From NCBI RefSeq assembly GCF_037042905.1, contig NC_087253.1, forward strand, positions 21,018,001 to 21,082,000: DNA of 64,000 nt, in the 5' to 3' direction. Made by a program: the position numbers and the translations under genes. The notes beneath the pieces are model-generated. The model saw only the letters and a program-made list of their open reading frames with translations, did no database searches and had not been told where the DNA came from. This stretch comes from Lytechinus pictus (taxonomy: Eukaryota). Below are positions 24,300 through 36,020 of the stretch, one piece after another (position 1 is the stretch's first letter; every line of letters starts with the position of its first letter).

Positions 24300-24494
24300 C
24301 ACTGGCGGGTCCAGGGGGGGGGGGCACAGCCGGCCCGATGCATGCCCCCCTTTTGAGAGGTACAATTTAAATTTGTAATGTAAAAATGCCGTTAAAAAAG
24401 TGAAGACTTTTTTTTCCCTATTTTTTTGCTTGTCAACATTTTCCTCGGGAAAATATGTGCCCCCCCCTTTGGAAAATCCTGGATCCGCCCCTTG
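24300..24494. mobile_element. hAT-type MITE, same family, reverse orientation
   Basis: CACTGGCGGGTCC...GGATCCGCCCCTTG; interior homologous to 907-1123. Confidence 0.75.
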
Positions 24495-24934
24495 ATCGAA
24501 GGGCAAATATGTTTCTGAGTATGCATTATGACTTGACAAATTTACGGGAAAGGGATAAAGAAAGATTACATTGTGACCGAGAAGTGCTTTGCAAACAAAT
24601 CCTGCTTGCATTATTATTGTGTACGTGACAAATTTTTAGACAAAGAAATAGACTAAAACAATAATACAATAATCTGTTTGTATAATGTCTCACGACAAAA
24701 GTGATCATTGTTTGGCGAACTATCCTACATTAGAAGCTATTTTTCATCTTGTACAGATACCAATTGCTGCTAGTACCAATATTGACAGGCCGGGAAGGGA
24801 GGGGGGGGGGGCAGAGTATTTCGATGGGGGTGGGGGCAATATAACTTAAAATGTGAGTCTCAATTCTTATTTTGAATGCAACATAGAGTTAGTTATACGA
24901 CTAATACATCTCCTTTCTTCTCTCGTTGTCGCTC

Positions 24935-25337
24935 CGGTAAATTGCCAGTTCGTCTACTGCCAACTCCTCTACTCACCACATGGTCTACTTTCATTTAGTC
25001 TAATGCCATTCCGTCCATCACCATTTCGTCTAACAACCATTAGGTCCAATCATCACTTCGTCTAATCACAATTTCGTCTATGACCATTTTGTCTCATAAC
25101 CAGTTGGTCTAATATCCATTTCATTTTCATTTATATGCCCAATTTAACACTTAGTCCAATTAGACCAAATGGTATAAGGACTAACTGGCTATTGGACCAA
25201 CTGGTTATTAGATGGAATGGCATTTGACTAAATGAAAGTAGACCATGTGGTGAGTGGACAAACTGATGGTAGACCAAATTATAGTAGACGAGTTGGCAAT
25301 AGGACGAATTGGCGTAAGACGAATTGGAAATAAACCG
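24935..25337. mobile_element. MITE with iterated CCA(A/G)TTCGTCTA motifs
   Basis: CGGTAAATTGCCAGTTCGTCTA...AGACGAATTGGAAATAAACCG; reverse copy at 54974-55293. Confidence 0.65.
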
Positions 25338-25600
25338 TGGCTCCGTGGATAAGTGTACAGGCTTTGAATCACAAGGTCCGGGGTTCAAATCACATCGCAG
25401 CACTCGCGTTATATAATTTGCCAGCCAATTATCTACATTTGCTCTCCAGTCTCCACCCAGATGTAGTTAGTGGATATACGGTAGATAGAAATCCCGAGAA
25501 TGCTTAGGCACCCGCTTAGCCGAGCTAAAGCCTGGGTAATTATGCAGCCCTTACAAACATTTTATGTAACGCAATTTGAAAGTTATATGTTATTATCACA
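25336..25600 (+). mobile_element. Degenerate tRNA-derived SINE
   Basis: GTGGCTCCGTGG / GGTTCAAATC boxes, CTCCACCCAGATGT domain, decayed tail. Confidence 0.6.
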
Positions 25601-25642
25601 CTACAACTACTTCTACTACTACAGCTGCTGATGCTGCTGCTG

Positions 25643-25696
<54 letters not shown>

Positions 25697-25756
25697 TACT
25701 ACTACTACTACTTCTATTACAACTACTGCTACTACTTCTTCTTTTACTACTGCTGC
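25600..25756. repeat. (ACT/GCT)n microsatellite
   Basis: Read directly. Confidence 0.9.
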
Positions 25757-25906
25757 AGTTCCTAATAATAAATCACTGCCGTGAATTAGGACTTATAGTT
25801 GCCGTGGTAACTAAACAGGGAGCACTGAAAAACACATTTTAGCGATGGTGCTATGTAATCAGTGTCTCCTCTCGTTTGTGAGGGACGGGCATTTCATTCC
25901 GATTAT

Positions 25907-26042
25907 CAGGAGCCCGTATCACAAAGCTTAGCAATGATCGTAGAGAACATATTTATTCGATTGATTGCATTGACTACAACGTACAATCAATCGTTAAATC
26001 GAGTGTACGATTAATCGCTAATCTTTGTGTTACGAGACCCTG
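25907..26042. mobile_element. Palindromic MITE (Harbinger-like)
   Basis: CAGGAGCCCGTATCACAAAG...CTTTGTGTTACGAGACCCTG. Confidence 0.6.
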
Positions 26043-27024
26043 GACTGCAAATACCATGGCTGCCAAACATATACAAAAGGGGGTCATTGTAGAACTGCAG
26101 AGGCCAACGGCGTAACAAGGGTCGGTGGCCAGGGGGGCAAGAGCCAAAAATTTCCCGGTCATATCATGGTATGAACAGGCGTAATGGTGTAATGAGGCGA
26201 CTATTTTGAGAAGGCCATATATTGCGTATCGGGCAGAATTTATCTTTAAAAAAAGTTGCGAGCGAGCAGAAATTTTGACCTTTTTTTAATACAAAAATCA
26301 AATTTTGTGATAGATTTTGACATGATATCCAGAGAATAATATATTTCACTCTTCTCTCTAGCTATAGATTCCTTATTTTGTGGTCTGTACGCCACTGTGA
26401 ACAGGATTTTTTGCGGCAGTAGCGTGAAGAGTAAAAAAAAAAAAAAAAAAAAACGAGGGGCGCAGTATAGCACATGTGCTATAAAAAGCTGCCTTATATA
26501 TAAGTCCCGAGCGAGCGAGAAAAATCACCTTTTCATGAGAATCTAACTTTGAGTTTTTTTTTTACATTATATTCAGTAAATAAACTCCTACACTTTTCCT
26601 TTGCTTTTCTTTCCTCCTTTTTTTTAATTCTTGTCTGTAGAAATTTTTGGGGCCATGGCCCAACCCTTCCATACGCAGTGCTGTGCGGTTGGGGTCCAGG
26701 GCGGAGCCCCCAGAGCTTCTTGATATAAAAGCCATTTAAACCTCGCAGATTAATCAAATCGCAGGCATATACAGAATATAGGTTTTACACAACACATTTA
26801 TTCAACCCAGTTGCGTAATGAACCAAATATTTTGTGGGGGCAAAACATAGCAATGTGGGGAAAATTTGTAAAAAGTCACCAGCGTACAAAGCGAGCTGGA
26901 AAAAAAAATTGCCTATTTAAATTAAATTCTAATTATGTGATAGATTTTTCCATTATATTCAGCAATTAACACATTTCATTGTTTCCATTCATTTCATTAT
27001 ACGTTGTCTCCTATAATTTCTTTT

Positions 27025-28748
27025 ATTAGGTGGTCTGTAATGAATATGACAGATCACCTATTATATTTGTCAGATTTTACTTTATTTTTATTGCCAAATT
27101 TTGTTCCCACTTTATCTCAAAATCGGGCTGGTCAAATTTCTTGATTTTCATGTCATGTATGGAAATTATTATGGAATCACGAAACGAAACTTTTCAAGGT
27201 TATCAAATCATGATGACGTCATCTAGGCGCCATTTTGTAAAAATGAATTATTGATCATATCACCGCAACTAAGTCATAAGTGGGCAAAAATATGCCTATA
27301 TAAAATTCACTGTAGCTCTTCAGGGAGTCCGTTGACCCCATACTTTTCCTCACTCTTGGATATAGTCAAAATGTCATCTGGAGATTGCGTAATAACGTCA
27401 AAATTACGTTAGAAGTGAAAATTAAACTTTTTCGCAATTACGTCAACGTATTTATGCATATTTGACCGTATCTTCGTTATTACTAGTCAATCTTCTCTCA
27501 AATTTTGATATGATGTAGTGAAGACAGTCTTCTACAAATAATGTGTGAATGATTTTCACTTTCAACCACAGCATTAGTGTGTTATGACCTGTTTAAGTTT
27601 TTGCAAATTTGTTCTGGACCTAATTTTTGAGAATTTTTTTAAGAAAATGCTTTATTAATCAATTGTACGGTCTTGCTGAAAATATCAAGCCCACTTGCTT
27701 TGAGGTTTTTTTATGTAGGACATTTTTTTAATATTGCCGGAACTTTTTAAGGGGTAGTTTTAACATTGTAAAACATCATTTATGCATTGAAACGCTATTT
27801 GGTTGATTAATTTCATTCTAGACATTTTGCGGAAAATTCTGGATTTATTTCTATTTGGTTATTTTCTCTAAATATAACATAACAAATTTTCAGATACCTT
27901 CTGTGATATTAAAAATAGTGCAATTTAGTAAAATACTAATTTTCCCGAAATTTTGCGGGAAAATTGCCAGTATTTGAATGTTTTACCTGACTTTTTTCAG
28001 TAAAATCATCAAGAAAGAATTTTCAAGTAAATGTTAAAGTCATACACAATTAATAAATGGATATTGAAAATTCTTGACGGAAAATATTATGTGAAATGTT
28101 TAGGAATTTGCAGAAATTTTGCAAATATTTCCCCTCAAAAAATTCTACTTAATTCTTTTATCAAATACACCACTGATGATGAGTTTTGAAGTGAATGCTG
28201 TGAAAATGTATCATTGCGAAACTTCTCATTAAAAATAATTGAAATTTAGCAGAAATTTTGAATAAAAATAAGTATCACCTAAGAATTTTCAAGCATTCTG
28301 TGAAATTGATACCCACTGACATTGTGGAAATTCTTGCTTGAAATCTTAAAAGAAAAATTGCTGACAGTAGAAAGAAATTTTAAAAAGATTTTGCATAAAA
28401 AACATGAAACTGTCCATTAAAAATTAGCTGGTCTGAAAATGAAGGCGCCTTTTATTGCGCAATTTTGGAAAGCCAATTTCGGTAAATCGTCTGAAATTTT
28501 TGAGGAGTTTTTAAGGCATTTTACGTGCTCCAAACTTAATTTTGTATTTACCGTATTGCATTATCATCACGGTTGTCATCACCACATTAATAATCACATT
28601 TAGCAATGGTCAAAATGTATTCCTATGATGTCTATGATCAAGATTATCAATCATATCTAAATGATTCATTTCATACAACATTAGCCGACACTGAATGAAA
28701 AATCATGACAGACCACCTAATTCGTCCTCATGACGAATTAAAATCTAG
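27025..28748 (+). mobile_element. Non-autonomous Helentron (HINE/DINE-1-like)
   Basis: 5' ATTAGGTGGTCTGT subTIR with hairpin; 3' ACAGACCACCTAAT + hairpin AATTCGTC..GACGAATT + CTAG; T-rich target. Confidence 0.75.
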
Positions 28749-29289
28749 TTTCTTTTTGTGTTTGGAACCAAGACACCCTCCTCCGCGCCTGTATTCCAGT
28801 GGTTGAACGTGATTGAACGGGGGGCGTTATTTGAAAGTTATAAATGAAGAGCCCCTACTGCGTGGGGTCTGGGGCAAAGCCCCGGTAGCTTATTTGCATA
28901 AAATTTAGCAAGCTTATAGCACAATGTTGTATGCAGTCCATCTTTCTTCCCGCTCTTTAATTTTAATCGTCGGCAGCCCGGTCGTGTTATTATTATTTTT
29001 TTCATGTTCATTTTCTTTGTTTTCCAATTTAGCTTTTGACTATTTATATTCTACCTTCGTTTCCCGCTATTGTTTGCCATTTTTATTTCCCACCGTGCTT
29101 TTGCATTACATAGGCCTATTTCGGAATGATTTGTTCTTTCTCAAATGTTCTTCTTTCGTACATTTTCCCGCTTTCCTTCCTTTTCCATAAAAAAAGTTTT
29201 TTCTTCGTTTTCTTTTCACTTTTCCCTTTACCTTTCCCTTTCCTTTTCCCCTTTCCCTTCTTTCTCCCTCCTTTTTTGTCTTTTTCCCG

Positions 29290-30352
29290 TTTTTGTACAT
29301 AGCAGAGTAAGACTATAGGCGCCGCTTTTCTGACGGCGGCGGCGGCGTCAACACCAAATCTTAACCGAAGGTTAAGTTTTTGAAATGACAGCATAACTTA
29401 GAAAGTATATAAACCTAGTTCATGAAACTTGGCCATAAGGTTAATCAAGTATTACTGAATATCTTGCCTGAGTTTCATGTCACATGACCAAGGTCAAAGG
29501 TCATTTAGGGTCAATGAACTTAGACCATGTTGGGGGAATCAACATCAAAATCTTAACCTAAGTTTAAGTTCTTGAAATGTCATCATAACTTAGAAAATAT
29601 ATGGACCTAGTTCATGAAACTTAGACATAAGGTTAATCAAGTATAACTGAACATCCTACATGAGTTTCACGTCACATGACCAAGGTCAAAGGTCATTTAG
29701 GGTCAATGAACTTTGGCCGAATTGGGGGTATCTGTTGAATTACCATCATAACTTTGGAAGTTTATGAATCTGATTCATGAAACTTGGACATAATAGTAAT
29801 CAAGTATCACTCAACATCCTGTGCAAGTTTCAGGTCACATGCTTAAGGTCAAAGGTCATTTAGGGTCAATGAACTTTGACCTAATTGGGGGTATTTGTTG
29901 AATTACCATCATAACTTTGAAAGTATATTGGTCTAGTTCATAAAACTTGGACATAAGAGTAATCACGTATCACTGAACATCCTGTGCGCATTTCAGGTCA
30001 CATGACCAACGTCAAGGTCAATGAACTTTGGCCATAATGGGGGTATCTGTTGAATTACCATCATAACTTTGAAAGTTTATGAATCTGACTCATGAAACTT
30101 GGACATAATAGTAATCAAGCACCACTGAACATCCTGTGCGAGTTTTAGGTCACATGCTCAAGGTCAAAGGTCATGTTAGGTCAATTAACTTTGGCCATGT
30201 TGGGGGTATTTGTTGAATTACCATCATATCTCTGTAAGTGTATTGGTCTAGTTCATAAAACATGGACATAAGTGTAACCATGGAGGCAGAACACTGAACA
30301 TCTTGTGCGAGTTATATTAGTTTTCAAAGTCAGCACTGCTGCTATATTGAAT
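29290..30352 (+). repeat. Helentron/Pearl-like element with internal tandem array (about 155-190-bp units)
   Basis: GC-rich GGCGCCGCTTTTCTGACGGCGGC head then about 6 units with TCATGAAACTTGG and AGGTCAAAGGTCA; partial reverse copy at about 11940-12190. Confidence 0.7.
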
Positions 30353-31122
30353 CCCGGTGAAATCCGCCAGGGGGGCAACTTGCCCCCCCCCCTGCCCCCC
30401 CCCCGCCTGTTACGCCACTGGCAGAGGCATGGAACTTTTCATGCATTACCATATTAAACCCCTTTATGAATGATTCCCACTCCAATGCATGTATACGTGT
30501 ATTTCAAGTTTGACGAGATGGTGTCTCGGCAAAAATCACAATGGATTGATGTTCATTTTACATTGTACTTCCCCATTCTATCCGATGCATTTGAATTTGT
30601 TTTCAATTATCAAAGGAAGTTGGGCATATTTCGCCGAGCTCGACCTCGCTTGCTGATGTTTTAAAACGCCTCAATATGTCCTGATATATTTGGAAAGAGG
30701 GCGGTGCCACCGGGGGGGGGGGGATGACAACGAACCCATGATTGTTCTTAAGTAGTAAAAAACGAGGAAGGGGAAAGATGAAGGAGAAGAAAGAAAGAAG
30801 AAGAGTATAAAAATGAGAGATTTGGGTCACGTAACTATCCGATACTCTATTATTGGTGGAAAATATAACGTCACATTTTAGGTCCCTCCCCTTATGAACA
30901 TATCTTGCGTTCCACGTTTGTGAGGGGGGATGTCTTGAGACTGGGTGGTTGCGGGGCTGATGTGAGTCTTAAAATATATTCATTAACCATTATCAAGATT
31001 TTGTAAGATATATAATGAAGCTGTAAGGTTTCATAAAAGGAAGCTAAATAAACTATTCCTTATCCTGTAAAATTAATGTTATCATTCTAAAATTTGAAAT
31101 CTTCTTTTAATGTGTTTTACAG

Positions 31123-31173
31123 GTTGATGACTCCAGGTATTGGAGAGACCATGAGTGGAGAGCAAGTTGCAAA
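31123..31173 (+). CDS. PTGR1: PTGR1 coding exon 3
   Basis: ttttacag|, LMTPGIGETMSGEQVAK, AA|gtaag, phase 2-2. Confidence 0.9.
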
Positions 31174-32087
31174 GTAAGACAGCAATTATATCATTATACA
31201 TTCCTGAAAATTAAAGCCACTATGCCACATCAGCTTTGAAAGGCGCCATCTCTAGACTGAAACCACATCAATCCCCCATCCTTATTAGGGACACACCATT
31301 TGATATCCAGGAGGGCTGGAAGTTCCCCCCCACCCCAAAAAACCAACAACTTGACTTGCTACATGAGAGAGAAAAAAAAATGACTCACCATCAGAGTAGA
31401 AAAAAAACTTGGTCCACTGACAAATCATCTGAAAGGGGCACCCCCCCCCAAAAAAAGCTTGTCTCAATGGAATACGGGAAAAAAATTACTCAAAGAAGAA
31501 AGGGGGAAAATTGCTTCAACCCAAACTTCCAGCCCCCTCCCCCTCCCCTTAATATGGTCCGTCCGTTATAAAGATGCAATGATTTGATATGTACAAGGGG
31601 CGTATGCAGCGGTTGGGGATGAGGGGTGGGGGTGAATCCCCAATATTCAAGGTTGGAGTATCGATGGTGTGTACAGCCATCCCCTCCAGTTTCAAGATGG
31701 GGAAAATGAAATGAATTTGTTCATATGATATATGTAGTTATTATTGTAGTCGTAATCATCATCATCATACCCATAACCTTTATTGTTATCATTTTCATGA
31801 CTATGATAATGATGAGGATTATTATTATCATTATCATAAACATTATTATATTATCATTAGATAATAATGAATATTATTATAATTGTAAATATTATTATTA
31901 TTAATATTGTGATTATCATTATTTTCATAATTATTCAATATAAACTTCATATGATTCAATCAAGTTAGAAAAGTTGATTTCTTTATTGTCTTGCTCGTTT
32001 CGCTCGCTCTCACTATTCTTTTCATTCACTGAATGAAACCCAACTAATATGGGTCTAAAACTAAATTATTAATTTTTCTGACTCTAG

Positions 32088-32255
32088 GGTGATTGCTAGT
32101 AAGGATAAAAAACTGCCAGTGGGTACTCTAGTTCAGGCTCAAACTGGATGGACAACGCATTCCATTGTAAAAGGAAGTGACGTCACACCTGTCCCCAAAT
32201 TCACCTCCTCCGATTGGCCAAAGTCTCTCGCCCTTGGTCTGCTCGGTATGCCTGG
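32088..32255 (+). CDS. PTGR1: PTGR1 coding exon 4
   Basis: ctctag|, VIASKDKKLPVGTLVQAQTGWTTHSI...SLALGLLGMPG, GG|gtaag. Confidence 0.93.
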
Positions 32256-32998
32256 GTAAGTTTATTTACGATACAAAGGTTGAAGTTGTTGATATACCAT
32301 GACAGGGTGTGTATATTAGGTATAAGATTTATTATATTTTTGTACATGATTTGTCATATGAATATAGTTACGACTAATTGCAAATTATTAATCGTACGTT
32401 TATGTTACAGGGACGATGAGCAATCCACTATTGTTTTAAATTGTATTGTAAATAAATTATATTCAATTCTATTATATTCTATTACAAATCTAGCGTTAGC
32501 CAAAACACAAGCGCATGCCATTTTTAGTTGATTCTATTGTAACGCCTCATTATGTTTGAGTTTGGGGCCTGCATTTGTTTTGTAAATGAACGTAAGTTTA
32601 TTACACCCCATCAATGTGCACAACAGCATGAACGCCCATCATTCCAAGGAAGAAGATCGTACCATGTCAGCGGTCCCCTGATGAAGCGTCTGCGCCGTTG
32701 CATCACTAGACTTGCTCGGTGGAGGCAGTCCGTCGTGCGCTGTGCCCGAGTGATTGCGCGGTTTTCAGTCGGACGCAAAATAGTAAAAAAAACTATTCTA
32801 CTCTGACGTCACGAACTATTTTGATCTCCGATGAATTTCTGGGGAAATTATGATTAGTCACGTGAAGGGCTCTCGACCAATCAAATAGCAACAAATTTTC
32901 AGTAAGGGATACATTTTTTTTATAGGTTACCCTCACTGCAACTTTGACCAATCAGAGGCCTGCCATGTCAATGCAAGGTGTATATTGTTTTTATCTAA

Positions 32999-33130
<132 letters not shown>

Positions 33131-33207
33131 TGACAAGAATGATACTTTTTTTTTTTTTTAAATCTCGGTAACTTTGTTCATCATGGGATAAAAATCTTTA
33201 ACAATGA

Positions 33208-33375
33208 TACCTCGGTCAAATTTGCTCTACGGCGCGCGGCGGCCGTACGGCGAGTCGAAAACAGCCGTTTTATTAATTTTAATTCAAATCACCTATATGC
33301 AGCTGGTACAAAAATGTTTAAACGGCTGTTGTCGACTCGCCGTACGGTCGCCGTAGAGCAAATGTGACCGAGGTA
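33208..33375. mobile_element. MITE with TACCTCGGTCA termini and 3-bp TGA TSD
   Basis: tga-TACCTCGGTCA...TGACCGAGGTA-tga. Confidence 0.75.
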
Positions 33376-33673
33376 TGAAGGTTCGATTTATGAGCCCACT
33401 GCTCACTCAGGTCATTTATAACTATCTGCGAATAATAATTGACTTGTAGCATGATGATGAAAGAGCATGATAAACATTAAAAAAAAACACAATTTATATG
33501 TTAATGAAATTTCGACAGTTTCGGCTACCATGATTTGAGCACAGAGTTGTGTGTGTGGGACTACACTTAAAAATTCTCCCAAACTTTCGCTTAAAATTTA
33601 GCTATAGATGGAGTTATGTGAGAAATTCAATTTGTACAACAGCTTTGGCAACTCTTGCATTTAAACATGTGAA

Positions 33674-33819
33674 NNNNNNNNNNNNNNNNNNNNNNNNNNN
33701 NNNNNNNNNNNNNNNNNNNNNNNNNNNNNNNNNNNNNNNNNNNNNNNNNNNNNNNNNNNNNNNNNNNNNNNNNNNNNNNNNNNNNNNNNNNNNNNNNNNN
33801 NNNNNNNNNNNNNNNNNNN
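33674..33819. other. Assembly gap
   Basis: N run. Confidence 1.
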
Positions 33820-33907
33820 TGGCGATGTACGTGTACGGGTCTCCTTCATAATTATACTTGAGATCAAGAGTATGGAGAGGGTCGTAGCAAGGTCAATACC
33901 AGTCTTC

Positions 33908-33942
33908 ATCAAGCTTTCGGGCACATGCCCTTCATCAGGATC
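33908..33942 (-). ncRNA. Minimal type-I hammerhead ribozyme motif of Penelope-like element type
   Basis: Minus strand reads GATC-CTGATGA-A-GGGC-ATGT-GCCC-GAAA-GCTT-GAT: intact core, 4-bp stem II, palindromic stem III, 3-bp stem I. Confidence 0.7.
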
Positions 33943-34010
33943 TAAACCAATATATAAAATACAAAATATAGGCCTACTAATAGCAATGATAAATACAGTA
34001 CAATGCAATA

Positions 34011-34173
34011 TACAGTGCGTCCCAGAAAAAACGAAACCGAGATTTAGCGACGATTTATCATAATTTAATCACAAATGCAATAGACAAATGACCTACCAAT
34101 GTAAAGCTTAGAATCTCCTCTTTCATCTGAAATTACTTAAATTTCGGTTTCGTTTTTTCTGGGACGCACTGTA
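34011..34173. mobile_element. Tc1/mariner-type MITE
   Basis: TA-CAGTGCGTCCCAGAAAAAACGAAACCGA...TCGGTTTCGTTTTTTCTGGGACGCACTG-TA. Confidence 0.85.
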
Positions 34174-34327
34174 TAACGGAGATTAGTAAATATAGTCCAT
34201 TAATAGTAACCAATTAGTCATATAAGGTATGGTGAATCAATATGTAACGAAGTATAGAATATATAGTTGCCGTAAGGACCGTAAGCATAGTGTATTGTTG
34301 ACAGTAAAGTACGGTGTGAAGTGAGGT

Positions 34328-34479
34328 CTGGGGAGCGTTTCATGAAAGGATTTTATCCGACTAGTCCTGTTTTATCCGACAATTACCATAGCTACAGTAC
34401 CTCTCAGCCAATCAGAATCGGGGAAAGTTGTCAGATCTGACAACTTGTCGGACATAAATGTTGATGAAACGCTCCCCAG
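34328..34479. mobile_element. Palindromic MITE (Harbinger-like)
   Basis: CTG-GGGAGCGTTTCAT...ATGAAACGCTCCC-CAG; interrupted relative at about 13766-14978. Confidence 0.7.
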
Positions 34480-36020
34480 GTGTGAGGGGATGAGTTTATT
34501 AGAGTGTTTAATCTGATAATCATTTAACACCCAAACGCTTAAGTTTCATTTGTAATAGTCACATTGATCATTTCTTGCCATGAAAAATGCAAGATTTTAG
34601 CTTCAAATAGGCTAGAGCCAAACATTTTGTTGAGACACTTGGAGAAGATCGAACCCTTGCAACTAGTTAGCTCCTTTGAAACTAGAAAATTGAAAAAGTA
34701 AGATCAATGAAAGTTGTATAGCAGTTTTACAAGTGATAAGAATGAATAATTAATGACCACACAGCAACAAATATTGGGTAAAATTTTAACCAGCACGAAG
34801 GTAATTATGTGTCCAACCAATTTGGGGCAGTATTTTACCCAGTAAGGTTAAAAAATAAACAGCAATTACTTTCGAATGGGCAAAATCTTCATTACACTGG
34901 ATGAATATAAATTCCCAAAAGAAATGCCAAATGTTGGTTGGACACATAATTACCCTCATGGAGCATTTTTACCCAATAATTTTTAGAGTACATGCAAGGA
35001 AATTCGCACGTTTAATAATAAAACTTAGAATTATGCAGTCTGATTAAAAAAAGAATTTTATGATTATGTATGGACAATGAATATTTTAGCTAATGAAAAA
35101 AAAATAATTGGACATCCCGCTTTCATTTTTAGTGGGACGCACTTTGTTTTTTTTCCATGAGGACAGATAATCGGTTATCATTCGGTTAATATTTTTCAGC
35201 AAAAAAAAATGCAATACGTACTGGAATGACATATATGTAATATTTTGGAGACACACAAAGAATAAAGAAATCCATCCAGATGACAATTTTGGTCAGAAGA
35301 TCGCGATGCCAAACATGATCAAAGGCTTTCTTGGTGACTATAGAGCTATAATTCTAACTTCATGTTGAGTGTTGAGAGTATTATGATGGTATGTCAAAAG
35401 TGAATTTCTTCTGCCATGTCTGCCGGAACTGTGCATCGGTCAGAAGGTGGTGACTTTCAAGATGTTCCCGAATTCGGTCGTAATTTATGTCCTTTACTTT
35501 CGAGATGATGGGATATGGGCCTGTTGTCGGATGCATCTTGTTTGTTCGCTTTCTCGGGAACAGTTACAATGGTGAAGGATGTCCAACTCTGAGGGAATGG
35601 CGTTGTTGTTCAAGAACAACAGGTATAGCTTTGAACGAACTCGTGCAGGCTCTGGTGCATAGATCATAATACAACCTCTTACCCGAGAGTGAATATTATG
35701 ATAGGGAACCGACAAACCTTTTTGATATCTTTTTAGAAATGACAAACTGTAACATAACTATATTTCAGTAGCGTAAATGATTAAAAACAATATTATAAGG
35801 GGCAGGCAGAAAATTAGGAACAGCATTAGAAAGCTGCGAGAGAGCAAATATTTTGTCCATTTTAATACAAAAATAATTTTGTGACAGATTTTGACATATT
35901 AGGTATTCAGAAATTTTAATTTCCTTTTCTCTCTATTTCTCCTTTTATTTTTTGGTCCCAAGCCACTCACATCTCTATGCCAATAATATGTTTATGTATC
36001 TTATTTTTTAAAATAAATAG

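Larger units (their letters stand above)
26105..30420. mobile_element. 4.3-kb composite hAT-type non-autonomous element
   Basis: TIR CAACGGCGTAAC / GTTACGCCACTG with perfect 8-bp TSD GCAGAGGC at 26097-26104 and 30421-30428. Confidence 0.8.

Noticed and set aside
22857-25842. Poly-His, poly-Met, poly-Thr and poly-Ile ORFs (also 63412-63759)
   Set aside because: Trinucleotide microsatellite translations without splice or homology support.
29380-30300. CRISPR-like array
   Set aside because: Eukaryotic context; whole units repeat with no unique spacers and no cas genes.
32678-32785. Second hammerhead-like CTGATGA-A-GCGTCTG...CGGACGC-AAAA
   Set aside because: GAAA is missing and no stems I or III form; likely chance within an interspersed repeat.
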